The position numbers were made by a program, and so were the translations under genes. A stretch of 46,929 nucleotides of DNA from Cyanophyceae cyanobacterium (GTDB taxonomy: Bacteria; Cyanobacteriota; Cyanobacteriia; Cyanobacteriales; JBHJGN01): NCBI GenBank assembly GCA_050331735.1, contig JBHJGN010000047.1, positions 1 through 46,929 on the forward strand, written 5' to 3'. Below the pieces are notes generated by a model, which did not search any database, was not told where the DNA came from, and saw nothing but the letters and a program-made list of their open reading frames with translations. Below are positions 29,301 to 39,064 of this stretch, piece by piece (position 1 is the first letter of the stretch; each line of letters opens with the position of its first letter).

Positions 29301-29319
29301 CTACGTACGTACATTTACG
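29301..29319. promoter_or_regulatory. Candidate TF site CTACGTA-CGTA-N4-TACG, copy 1
   Basis: CTACGTACGTACATTTACG; matches copy 2 at 17 of 19 nt. Confidence 0.45.
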
Positions 29320-29547
29320 GTCTTAGTTGGAGGATCACTGAATGGAGCGGCTTGTTCAAAGTCAGCTACTAGAGCGACATCACTAGCTTCTCCTCCCTTT
29401 GGTTTTGTGGGAACTGACCTTTATCTATAGCCTATGGACTTGTCATGCCAAAATTATGGGCGGAAGTGACTAAATCTAGCTTAAGCAAGGCTAGTTTCTT
29501 TTTGTTTTACATTTTGACTAACAATAGCTGAATTCAGCCAAACTATT

Positions 29548-29573
29548 CGGGGAACTACGTACGTATATATACG
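29548..29573. promoter_or_regulatory. Candidate tandem TF site CGGG-GAAC-TACG-TA-CGTA-TATA-TACG, copy 2
   Basis: Two 12-bp dyads at a 14-nt period, read directly. Confidence 0.45.
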
Positions 29574-29771
29574 CATTTTCTAGGCAACACTGGAGAGAGC
29601 GTGGAAGCGGGTCGTGTCAAACCGAGAAAGTATTAACAAATCCAAGCCTTGATATGCAAGGACAGTCACTTAAGACCAATTAGAAAAAGTAATGAGAGAC
29701 TTAATGAGTTGGGGAAAAGGAAAAGGCAAGCCCTGCAAGTCTTTCCCTTTGAAGTGAATCATAACGATGCT

Positions 29772-31364
29772 CTATTGGGATTCAGGCAACTGAATAGAGA
29801 GTTTAGTGATCGCATAGGGAGCTAACTCAAGCGTTTGGCTCGCTGCTCCCTGTTCCTGCTCGACAGATCGAGAATCTTCCACTAGAGTGCGAGGATCGGC
29901 ATAGAGCTGTTTATACTCTGCCCCCTCAAGCATCAAGTTCTCCAAATTAACAGTGACTCTTTGCTCGGAAAGATTGATGATGAGCGCTCGCTGCTCATCT
30001 TCGTTGCTAAATCTCCAACCGTACAGAGCCGGATATCTAAAGTTGTCTTGCCCCTGCAATAGCTCTCCTGGGGAAAAATCGATTTGCTGAGCCTCAGTCA
30101 TTCCGGCGATCGCTTCATTAAATAGTTGTAGAGTTAGACCAGTAGCCGAGAATTTAAAAGAACCAGCGTTCTCGGTTTCGGGCAGCTCGCTGAGATGAAC
30201 AGCAGTAAACATGGAATTCCCGATTAAATCGTGATTACAAATTGTAGTAACGCGAGGGTCTTCTAAAAAAAGCAACGCCATCTCCAGCGCATATAGACCA
30301 TGAGTCCAACTGCCAACGACTCTTTGTTCAAATTCCTGCCCAGGCACTGTGGCTTTTTCAATATAGTTGTATTCAGTAATCCAGCGCTCCATGTTGTTGG
30401 GAATGCGCTGATAGGCATCCCGCTCTCGGGTGGTCTGCCAAACTCTAAAGGGTTCACCTAAAATAATTGAGACTTCTTCCGCGGTGAAGAAGGGATACTC
30501 TAACTCTGGGTCAACTTGGCTATCTAAACCATGTCTACCGTAGATATGGAGTGAAATAGCATCGGCCCTATCCGCAACTTGATTCAGCAGTAAACGATTC
30601 CAGTGCTGTAAGCGCTCAGGCTTTTGAGGGTCAGGAGCAACACCAACAACAGAAATTTTTGCTTCGGGAAACTCTTGTCTAATCGCGGCAATCCAGCGTC
30701 GTGCTGTTGCAGCATAATCTTCGGGCCTGGGAAAAAACTTTTTGTAGTTAGGGATGTTAAAGTAGAACTCATTGCCCAGCTCAATGTGTTGCACTGGGAT
30801 TCCTAGCTCTGAAGCTGTTCTGAGCATCTCTATTTGACTCTTTATGTTAGAGGTCAACAGATTAAGTACAAATATAGGCGCTGTATCAGTTAAATCTAGT
30901 CCGGCTTGAAGCTCCTCTAGTCCCCCTGCTTTGTAGCGACGGGCTTTGTACCGCAAAAAATTAGGCAGACCTCGAGGCAAGCGACTGGTATCTTGAATCA
31001 CTCCTCCTCTTTTCCAGTCCCAGTAGTTTGCGACGGTTCCACCAGGAAAACGCAGGGTTTTGGCGTGAAGTTGCTGTACAGGATCAGTAAAGTTAGATTC
31101 TCTCCAAGAGGCAACCCTGACAGCATTGATATTAAAGCAAGCCAGCTTAGCCGTTACCGAACGACGTTCATCGACCAAGGAGGCTTCTACTTCAGCCTTT
31201 TGAAAGCTGCCGCGATCGCTCATAGATGCAGTCGAACTTTTTTCCAGGTTTTGGTTCGTACAGCTACTTAGGCCCATTCCCAACAAAATAAGTGGCAACA
31301 GTGCAGCTTGCTTGTGCTTAGAAAAAAGGCGCTTGGCGCACAACTGAAATCGAGAAGGCTGCAT
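29772..31364 (-). CDS. Clan GH-A glycoside hydrolase-like lipoprotein (GH51/GH79-like TIM barrel plus beta-sandwich)
   Basis: Lipobox LSSC after a hydrophobic stretch; LRFPGG, IELGNE (acid/base), SLHIY, WITEYN (nucleophile), C-terminal LAPYAIT. ATG 31364 preferred. Confidence 0.8.
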   Translation of the reverse strand: MQPSRFQLCAKRLFSKHKQAALLPLILLGMGLSSCTNQNLEKSSTASMSDRGSFQKAEVEASLVDERRSVTAKLACFNINAVRVASWRESNFTDPVQQLHAKTLRFPGGTVANYWDWKRGGVIQDTSRLPRGLPNFLRYKARRYKAGGLEELQAGLDLTDTAPIFVLNLLTSNIKSQIEMLRTASELGIPVQHIELGNEFYFNIPNYKKFFPRPEDYAATARRWIAAIRQEFPEAKISVVGVAPDPQKPERLQHWNRLLLNQVADRADAISLHIYGRHGLDSQVDPELEYPFFTAEEVSIILGEPFRVWQTTRERDAYQRIPNNMERWITEYNYIEKATVPGQEFEQRVVGSWTHGLYALEMALLFLEDPRVTTICNHDLIGNSMFTAVHLSELPETENAGSFKFSATGLTLQLFNEAIAGMTEAQQIDFSPGELLQGQDNFRYPALYGWRFSNEDEQRALIINLSEQRVTVNLENLMLEGAEYKQLYADPRTLVEDSRSVEQEQGAASQTLELAPYAITKLSIQLPESQ

Positions 31365-31595
31365 AGGCAACTGAGAAATGTGAGTCTTTCGATCACAAAC
31401 TGACCAAAACTAGAATCATTCTAGCGGTCTGCCGCTTTAGTTTCTACCTCAAGGTCGCAGAATAGCGAGCTCAAACCAATAGCTCAAACCAATAAAGTCT
31501 TTTCTGGCATCATTGACAGCCCTCTCGTCTACTCAGTTGTGAAATAATGAAATCACGATTACGTGTAAATAGGCTCTGAATTGTTGGGGTTGGTT

Positions 31596-32723
31596 ATGTC
31601 AGTTGGATTAATTGCACACTATAGAGGTCCACGTTTGGGTATTGGTCAGTATATCCAGCGTTTGCTCCCGCCCCTGGTTAAAGAATTAACTACCCGCAAT
31701 ATTGACGTTCGCATTCTCGCCTCTCCAAACGCTTTTGAGAATACTGCTGCCCTTCAAGACCTCTCTGAAATTGTCGATGTCCTTCCCCCTCTCGACTATC
31801 TTCCCGCTAAGCGTTATTTCTGGTGCGCTACTCGCTTAGCGCGCTACTCTCAGCAAGAAGCATTAGACGTTCTTTTGTGGTTGTCTAATCCAATCGTTCT
31901 GCCCTGGCATCCTCCATCTCTAGCTGTCATTCATGATGTCAATGAATGGAAAGCTGCCGAGAAGTACGGTAATTATCTCAAGACGACTCTGCGCTCATGG
32001 ATTTACTTAGACGCCTCGCTTCAATTTGCGCGGCGAATTATCGCGATTAGCCAAGCAACAGAACGCGACCTGCTTCACTTTCGTCCTTCCCTTGCTGGCT
32101 CTCAAAAGCTAGTCACAATCCTGAATGGAGCAGATTCCCCGCTTACCACGCTACCCTCCATCGAGATTAATACTCCTCTTGCTCCTTTTCTGCTATCGGT
32201 TGGACGCATCGATCCACTAGCCAAGCGCTTGCCGGAAGCTGTCTCCCTTGTCCAAGCTTTGAGAAATAGCAGCGGACAGGCCTGGGAACTGCATCTTGTC
32301 GGCGGCATGAACGATACGACCCGTTCTGCGGGAGAAGCTTTTCTTAAGTCGGTTGAGCCTTTGCCTTGGGTAATCTATCATGGCTATCTAGAAGATCAAG
32401 AACTGGCCCAGTGGTATCGGCAAGCGACTGCTGTTGTATTTCTCTCCAATGATGAGGGATTTGGGTTTCCCATCGCGGAGGCTGCATCGCTTGGTCGCTG
32501 GGTAGTTGTGAGTCAGGCTAATCAAGCTGGAGTAGAGGCCGGTGCTGGGTCTATTATTCCTATTAATCCTGATGATCCTCAAGCTGCTGCTGCTACCCTT
32601 CTGCGCCAACTGCAACGGCAACCCGCACCTGTTACGAGCAGTACTTTGCCGCGCTGGCAGATGGGGGCGGCCAGATACGCTGAAGAAGTCAAGGCTTTGC
32701 TAAAAAATAGGAACAGCCCATAG
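31596..32723 (+). CDS. GT4 glycosyltransferase
   Basis: GIGQY, VIHD, AISQAT, SVGR..KR, EGFGFPIAEA (EX7E). ATG 31596 preferred over TTG 31581. Confidence 0.9.
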   Translation: MSVGLIAHYRGPRLGIGQYIQRLLPPLVKELTTRNIDVRILASPNAFENTAALQDLSEIVDVLPPLDYLPAKRYFWCATRLARYSQQEALDVLLWLSNPIVLPWHPPSLAVIHDVNEWKAAEKYGNYLKTTLRSWIYLDASLQFARRIIAISQATERDLLHFRPSLAGSQKLVTILNGADSPLTTLPSIEINTPLAPFLLSVGRIDPLAKRLPEAVSLVQALRNSSGQAWELHLVGGMNDTTRSAGEAFLKSVEPLPWVIYHGYLEDQELAQWYRQATAVVFLSNDEGFGFPIAEAASLGRWVVVSQANQAGVEAGAGSIIPINPDDPQAAAATLLRQLQRQPAPVTSSTLPRWQMGAARYAEEVKALLKNRNSP

Positions 32724-32820
32724 CTTTTGATAAACAATAAAATTCTATGTCTAATCGGTAAAATCTTTTTCACTGCTCTAAGAACCGCCGTGTTCTGGTT
32801 CTTCATCCCTACAGCTCTTT

Positions 32821-34458
32821 CTATATTTTCTCACCATCTAGGCTAGGAAATTTTATTAAATATAAATAGTAATAGCTTTCAGGAAAAACAATACTTTTGC
32901 CAAAGCTTGTTAGCCTTTCAATAGGTAGTTTCCGATTACTGCTAGATATTTCTTGTAAAAAGTTTTGACGCGTTTCTTGTGTCAAGACTAACAAAACATC
33001 TTTTTGGTGCTGCCTTTGAACTTTTTCTATCCTTTCTACTAAAGTTAGTGAAGAATCGACGCCTTCATTTCGTGCTTTGTCATAAATAACATAGGTGCCA
33101 AATCTATCGCTGAATGGATAATAAATTCTTTGATCGAGATAGGCTGATAGAGAAGCAACAGGAAAATCTGGACTGCCAACAATTGTTAGCTTATCTAACT
33201 GTTGATCTTTAATGTAACTAGCAACTTTTCTGCTAACAGTAAAAGGAAATATTAGATCGTTTATGTAGGAAAACATCCCTGCAAACACGTGCAGCAAAAG
33301 AATGACATTAAAAAAATAGGTTTGATGCTTCCGAGCAAAAAGACGTAGACCAGATACTCTTGTGTCTCGAGGATTACTCAGTAGGTAGTTATTCAGTAGC
33401 CAAAGGCAAGCGACAGAGAGAATAAATAGATAACCAAGATGACGAACTTTGCTGGCAGCAGGCACTATACTTACAAACACTAGCAATAAACTAGTCCCAA
33501 AGCTGTATAGAAAAAATACAGTTGAATAATTGCTAAATAAAATCAATAGGTATAAAATAAGGCAGGCAGCGATCAAGCCAGCGCTCAATCTCAGAGCAAA
33601 GGGGAATTCTTCAAGAATGTTTCTTCCCCAAAACTGATATTCCATAAAGTTAGGGACAGGAACAAAGCTTTTCCAAATCAGTTTAAAAATCTCAGTAATT
33701 TTGTCTGACCAATCAGCCACTATATCAAAAACCACTCCGCTTGAAAAGTCACCAGTGAATTCGTGTGATTTATTAGCTATAGGGTTCACAGAGAGATCAA
33801 TTTGGCCGTAGCTACGGTCGGGAGGAGGTAAAATTTGATATATTGCTAGCAAGCCAAAGCAACAGGCTATAATGCCAGCCACAATATTCTGCTTGTTGAT
33901 AACAATAACATTTTTTTTAATATTTCTTGTCTGCTCGAAAATCAAAGTTGCCAACAAAGAAACAGCAACGAGTAGTGCGATGATGTTGGTGTTTGCCAAA
34001 ACAGCAATTGTAGCTAAGAGAGCGAGACAACTCTTTTTTTTGGCAGAGAAAAGGGCACAAAACAAAAAAATAAACATAACGCCCAACCCGTAACCTCGGC
34101 TGATCAAGCAGTATTCATAAAATGGAAAGTAGCCAAAGACAAACAAAACTTTTTGAACTTTACTAAAAGGAGAGAAATTAACAAAAATATAAATAGCAAG
34201 TGTGGCAATTCCTAAATGAAGAAACTGCATAAGAATAGGGTCTCTACTGAATCTACTAATTATGTAGAGACACAAATGCCATAGTCCTGGTTGACCTTCA
34301 TATCTAACGTTCTTGAATAAATTTACAAGAGAAAGGCTGTCTCTAGCAATTAGCCATGCCTGTAGCTCGTCAAACCACATTTCATGCCTTAAAATGCCGA
34401 TGAGACCCAAAATAAAAAAAACTAAAGTTAGTATGCTAGTGAAATTCTTATTGCTCAT
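32821..34458 (-). CDS. Polytopic membrane protein, GT-C-fold-like (lipid-donor glycosyl/modifying transferase)
   Basis: First TM followed by HEMWFDE..YEG.PGLW loop, SRGY, RH, about 11 TM helices and a soluble C-terminal domain; very AT-rich. Confidence 0.7.
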   Translation of the reverse strand: MSNKNFTSILTLVFFILGLIGILRHEMWFDELQAWLIARDSLSLVNLFKNVRYEGQPGLWHLCLYIISRFSRDPILMQFLHLGIATLAIYIFVNFSPFSKVQKVLFVFGYFPFYEYCLISRGYGLGVMFIFLFCALFSAKKKSCLALLATIAVLANTNIIALLVAVSLLATLIFEQTRNIKKNVIVINKQNIVAGIIACCFGLLAIYQILPPPDRSYGQIDLSVNPIANKSHEFTGDFSSGVVFDIVADWSDKITEIFKLIWKSFVPVPNFMEYQFWGRNILEEFPFALRLSAGLIAACLILYLLILFSNYSTVFFLYSFGTSLLLVFVSIVPAASKVRHLGYLFILSVACLWLLNNYLLSNPRDTRVSGLRLFARKHQTYFFNVILLLHVFAGMFSYINDLIFPFTVSRKVASYIKDQQLDKLTIVGSPDFPVASLSAYLDQRIYYPFSDRFGTYVIYDKARNEGVDSSLTLVERIEKVQRQHQKDVLLVLTQETRQNFLQEISSSNRKLPIERLTSFGKSIVFPESYYYLYLIKFPSLDGEKI

Positions 34459-35463
34459 GAATATTAACGCAATTTTTGTGAGAAGGAAAAAAATATGAAA
34501 TCACAGAAAGTAGTTCAAGTAAGCACGCCTTTTCCTTCTTCGATGGGCCGCGCAAAAACATCGAATCTGGCTACTGAAAACTAGATTCTATACCTTCTTT
34601 AGGAACAGCACATATAGTGTGGACTAAATGCTTATCAATTGACGAACTGCCTTCTAAATATAACTTCAAAACAAAATTGCGACGCTATTTGGAGGTGATT
34701 ATCCTGCAATTCTACAGGGATAGCGCTACTTCTACGGCTTCATAGCGTTTTGTGGTGCCAAAAGGTGCTTATAATCTGCTGCAAAAAGCAATCTACCTAG
34801 CTCGCCTCTTGTTGAGCAGCAACAGAAGCTAGCCAACGTTTGTTATAGCGCGACTCTGTTATCAGGCAACCAGAAGGAAAAGGAAGTAGCAACTCTCAAC
34901 TCCTCGCGTGTATTTATTGTCGAAGATATCACAACATTTTCTGAAAAAGCTGAATTTCCTCTAACTATTTTCGCGATTTTATCCTAAGTCCAGGACAGCG
35001 AGTTTTGTCAAGAAATGTTTTTCTGCGTAGCAATGCCTATGTATTTGAGCATATTCGACACTCAGACACGCTAACTACCTGGCCGCAACTAGCATTGGCT
35101 TAAAGCTTACCAGCGACTGATTTAATTGTGTTTATGACTCTGTTGAGGGAAAGACAGGGAGGGCTTTTCCAGCTAGAGCAAGAATAGCAACTTAGCGCAT
35201 GTATTATTCTTGTAATCAAAAATGAATTTACAGAAATATTCTGATCAGAGGGAGGAAATAGGAAAAACACCGCTTCTGTAGTAGCCTTCAAGTCCTTAAG
35301 CCACAGCACACAAGATTTTGAACAGCTAAACTGCACTTCTGTTTTTTTTCCGTGAATTTACCGATGAGAAGCTTGACTTCTCAAAAATGTTTGTATATGG
35401 TAGTCTACGATTGTAAAAAATAAGTAAATTTATGTAAGTAAAGTTACAAAAACGATGCTAAAG

Positions 35464-35664
35464 TTATTGAAAGGGTACAAGTAGAAGGATTACAACCCAG
35501 GTCATTCCATTGCGGAGGAAAAAAGTTGTTTTGAGATCGAGAGAGCCCTGCTCGACCTGTCTCTCGTGACGATGTATTTCGGCAATACCGCTTCTCTTTT
35601 GAACTGTGGATGTTGGTGTGCTGGTTTGTTCAGCAAGGTGAGGTGTGTGAAACAAGGTGACCAT
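35464..35664 (-). CDS. Possible small protein (66 aa) with hydrophobic C-terminus
   Basis: ATG start, 68 nt downstream of and co-oriented with the 88-aa ORF; no family recognised with confidence. Confidence 0.35.
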   Translation of the reverse strand: MVTLFHTPHLAEQTSTPTSTVQKRSGIAEIHRHERQVEQGSLDLKTTFFLRNGMTWVVILLLVPFQ

Positions 35665-35732
35665 TTGTCACAAGTATCTCAATAACTATCTAAACCCCAA
35701 GGCAAAAAAGAAGCTAATGCCGGATAGATTTT

Positions 35733-35999
35733 TCATTTACTTTTTAACATTGCCAACCAAAAATAGGGGGTGATGCATGTTGCTGCAACACCAACCGCCA
35801 GGACAATTATTAGAAGTATCAATGTGTAAAGAAGGTAAACGGCATCAAAAAATTTAAAGTCGGATGAGGAAGGACGGGAATCAGGAATAGGAGTCTCGAT
35901 AACTCCGTTGGGAGGAAATGCAACCCAGATGTCTTCTATTTGGCGAGGTTTTGTCCAGCGGTGCTCTCGACACCAGACGCTCACTTGTTCTTTATTCAT
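35733..35999 (-). CDS. Small cyanobacterial protein, Slr1957-like WC..WT..WxAFPP motif plus C-terminal TM helix
   Basis: WCREHRWT..WVAFPPNGVIETPIP resembles the cyanobacterial WCxExGWTD..WAFPPGAVMPxPIP family. Confidence 0.65.
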   Translation of the reverse strand: MNKEQVSVWCREHRWTKPRQIEDIWVAFPPNGVIETPIPDSRPSSSDFKFFDAVYLLYTLILLIIVLAVGVAATCITPYFWLAMLKSK

Positions 36000-36320
36000 T
36001 GCGCGTTATTCTGCCTCAACGGATTACTAAGAGATCTACAAGAGGATACAGGCGCTTTGTTCTCAGGCCATTATTAATAGTGGTTAACCGCCTTGACCAA
36101 CAGCTAAGCAGAAGATAATCTGGCGATATACCCAATTTTGTCGATAAAACGCTCATTTTTGTCTATATTGTTTGACCGTCTTTCTGTTCTTTTCTTCTTC
36201 AGCAGAAGTTGATTGGCAAACATTCTAGGACAGATACAAATACGGTCAAGCTTTATAACACATACTCTGTATAGAAAAAATTGTTCATAGATTACCCATT
36301 ATCAGGAGTTAAAGGCTCGT

Positions 36321-37469
36321 ATGTCTGTAGATCGTAAACTGCAAATTTTAGGAACTCGCGGCATTCCAGCAGGTCATGGAGGATTTGAAACCTTCGCTCA
36401 GCGCTTGGCGCTTTATTTGGTAGAGCGGGGTTGGGAGGTAACAGTTTACTGCCAAACTTCAGAACAAAACGTTTCTAGTAAGATGTGGAAGGGAGTTCGT
36501 TTGATCTATATTACAACTCCAAGAAACAACTCCTTGGGATCGATCCTATTCGATTTTAGATCAACAGTTCGTGCGGCTACGACGAAGGGCGGTATTATCT
36601 TAACTCTTGGTTACAATACTGCTATCTTTTCCATTCTGTATCGGCTCTGCGGTAAATTTAACATCATCAACATGGACGGACTTGAATGGCAGCGTCAGAA
36701 ATGGAACGCCTTGGAGAAAGCCTGGCTGTATTTAAATGAGCGTATTGGAGCTAAACTAGGCAACTGGCTAGTGGCAGACCACCCGGAGATGAAGAAATAC
36801 CTTTGCCGTAGTGTTCCTGCCGACAAGATTGTGATGATCCCCTATGGAGCGGAGCGTATTAGCCAAAGCAACGTCTCACTGCTTGAATCTTATGGTCTAG
36901 CTCCACAAACCTATGCTCTTGTCGTTGCTCGACCTGAGCCGGAAAATTCGATTTGGGAAATTGTTTCTGCCTTTTCAGCCAAGAAGCGGGGTTATCAGCT
37001 TGTTGTTTTGGGCAACTATCATCCCGAAAACGCCTATCACCACAAAGTCTTACAAGCTGCTAGCGAAGAAGTTTTGTTTCTTGGCGCCATCTATGACCCT
37101 GCAACTGTCCATACACTTAGGGTTCACACTCGCCTATACATCCACGGTCATACGGTAGGTGGCACTAATCCTTCTTTAGTAGAAGCTCTAGCAGCTAGTA
37201 GTCCTGTTCTTGCTCAAGACAACGCTTTTAATCGCTGGGTTGCTGGTGAAACAGCGCACTATTTTAGCTACGAGGCCAAGTGTATGCAAAAGCTCAACGA
37301 ACTTCTCGACGACTCAGCAGAACTGGAAAAAATGAGAAAGGGAAGTAGAAAGCGCTACGAGCAAGCATTTGCAAGCAACAAAGACTTAAGAGCTTATGAA
37401 GAAATGTTCTTATCTCATCTAGCAAATTCACCAAAAGTTGCCCTTCTCTATCCTGAGTGGGAAGTGTAG
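36321..37469 (+). CDS. GT4 glycosyltransferase, DUF1972 type
   Basis: ILGTRGIPAGHGGFETF, LGYN, NMDGLEW, ARPEPEN, HGHTVGGTNPSLVEA; RBS AGGAG upstream. Confidence 0.92.
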   Translation: MSVDRKLQILGTRGIPAGHGGFETFAQRLALYLVERGWEVTVYCQTSEQNVSSKMWKGVRLIYITTPRNNSLGSILFDFRSTVRAATTKGGIILTLGYNTAIFSILYRLCGKFNIINMDGLEWQRQKWNALEKAWLYLNERIGAKLGNWLVADHPEMKKYLCRSVPADKIVMIPYGAERISQSNVSLLESYGLAPQTYALVVARPEPENSIWEIVSAFSAKKRGYQLVVLGNYHPENAYHHKVLQAASEEVLFLGAIYDPATVHTLRVHTRLYIHGHTVGGTNPSLVEALAASSPVLAQDNAFNRWVAGETAHYFSYEAKCMQKLNELLDDSAELEKMRKGSRKRYEQAFASNKDLRAYEEMFLSHLANSPKVALLYPEWEV

Positions 37470-37675
37470 TTAACACGAGGACATATAGGAATTAGTCAAT
37501 CTTGGTCAAACCGCTGAAGCTGCCAGGACAAATGGCACGAGCTGGCCTCACTCGACAAAAGGGCCTGAACTAGCACTAGTTAGTGTCCCAAAACTTAGTA
37601 CGAGTTTTCCTTTTAGTCTGTTGTGCTAGTTTTGAATACCGATGTTTCCATGTTCGTGTCTAATTTGTTAATGCT

Positions 37676-39064
37676 ATGACCCGGATCTCACGCCTCAATA
37701 ATCTTCTGCAATTCTTCACCAGTAAGGACAAAAGCAAATTTAAGCAGCGTCTTTTTGAGAAGGCACTAGGGACATTCGGACTGAGAGTTGCTGCTACCGT
37801 TCTCGCGTTTCTGACCAGTATTCTCCTTGCTCGTCTACTGGGTGTAGTCGAGTTCGGTATGTATTCCTATGCGGTTGCTTGGGTGCGTTTTCTCAGTATT
37901 CCCGCTACTCTTGGTCTGGATAATTTGTTGGTGCGAGAAGTAGCTGTTTGCCAAACACACTCTAACTGGGGACTGGCGCGAGGCTTATTGAGCTGGACGA
38001 ATCGGTTAGCGTTGCTGCTGTCTGGAGGAATAGCTTTGTCGGCTATTGGTCTAGCTGCGGGACTTAATCTTTATACCAATCCCCAGATGATGTGGGCGTT
38101 TGCTCTCGCGATGCTGATGCTGCCAATCATGACCTTGAGGAATCTCCGTTTGGCAACAATGCGGGGGCTGCATCACATCGTTATCGGTTTAATTCCAGAA
38201 CATATCCTAGCTCCCCTTTTGATCGTGATTCTGACTGGAGGAGCCTACTTATTGCTGGGAGAAGATTTGACAGCGGTTTGGGCAGTGGGAATGAGATTAG
38301 CTGCTGCCGTTGTTACTTTGATAGTTGGAGTACGGGTACTTAATAGAGTTTTACCGGTAGCAGCCAAGCAGGCATCTCCTGAATATAGAGGGAAAGATTG
38401 GATTCGAAGTGCTTTGCCCCTGGCCTTTCTGGGAAGTACTTATATTATTAATTCTCAGGCAGACATTCTAATGCTGGGAGCGATTAAAGATACGGAAGCC
38501 GTGGGCTTGTATTTGCCCGTCACAAGGGGAGCACAGCTCATCAACTTTGTAACCATTGCCGCCAATACGGTTTTAGCACCAACGATCGCTAGCCTCTACA
38601 CCACTGGCAACACGGAAAAACTCCGGCGAGTTATTGCCAAAAGTACGGGGACTGTCTTTTGGGTTGCCCTACTGATGGCAATAGGGCTATTTGCCTTTGG
38701 ACACTGGTATCTATTGTTGTTTGGAGTGGAGTTTACCCGAGGGCACACCGCCCTATCGATCTTATGTTTTGGGCAGCTAGTGAACGCGGGAACCTGCGCG
38801 GTTAGCTGGTTGTTAATTATGACTAAGTACGAACGTTTTAATGTCTTTAGTGATAGCTTAGGAGCAATTCTAAATATTATTTTAAATACCCTGCTAATTC
38901 CTCGTTGGAGTATCGAAGGGGCTGCTGTCGCCACAACAACGAGTTTGGTGATCGTCAACATTATTAATGCTATTTTTGTGCAGAATAAACTTCACATCAA
39001 CGCCACCATCTTAGGAGTTTTTTTTCGGAGGAAAATTGAGCGTGGAAAAACAGCCGACAGTTAG
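37676..39064 (+). CDS. wzx: Polysaccharide flippase (Wzx/MOP family)
   Basis: LARLLG..FG.Y, LGL..LVRE, D.LMLG, LFG.EF, LN.LLIP..IEGAAVAT; about 12-13 TM helices. Confidence 0.88.
   Translation: MTRISRLNNLLQFFTSKDKSKFKQRLFEKALGTFGLRVAATVLAFLTSILLARLLGVVEFGMYSYAVAWVRFLSIPATLGLDNLLVREVAVCQTHSNWGLARGLLSWTNRLALLLSGGIALSAIGLAAGLNLYTNPQMMWAFALAMLMLPIMTLRNLRLATMRGLHHIVIGLIPEHILAPLLIVILTGGAYLLLGEDLTAVWAVGMRLAAAVVTLIVGVRVLNRVLPVAAKQASPEYRGKDWIRSALPLAFLGSTYIINSQADILMLGAIKDTEAVGLYLPVTRGAQLINFVTIAANTVLAPTIASLYTTGNTEKLRRVIAKSTGTVFWVALLMAIGLFAFGHWYLLLFGVEFTRGHTALSILCFGQLVNAGTCAVSWLLIMTKYERFNVFSDSLGAILNIILNTLLIPRWSIEGAAVATTTSLVIVNIINAIFVQNKLHINATILGVFFRRKIERGKTADS

Noticed and set aside
31468..31493. Perfect 13-nt tandem duplication AGCTCAAACCAAT x2 between the GH and GT4 genes
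   Set aside because: Only two copies; consistent with slippage or a transposon footprint, with no further support for function.
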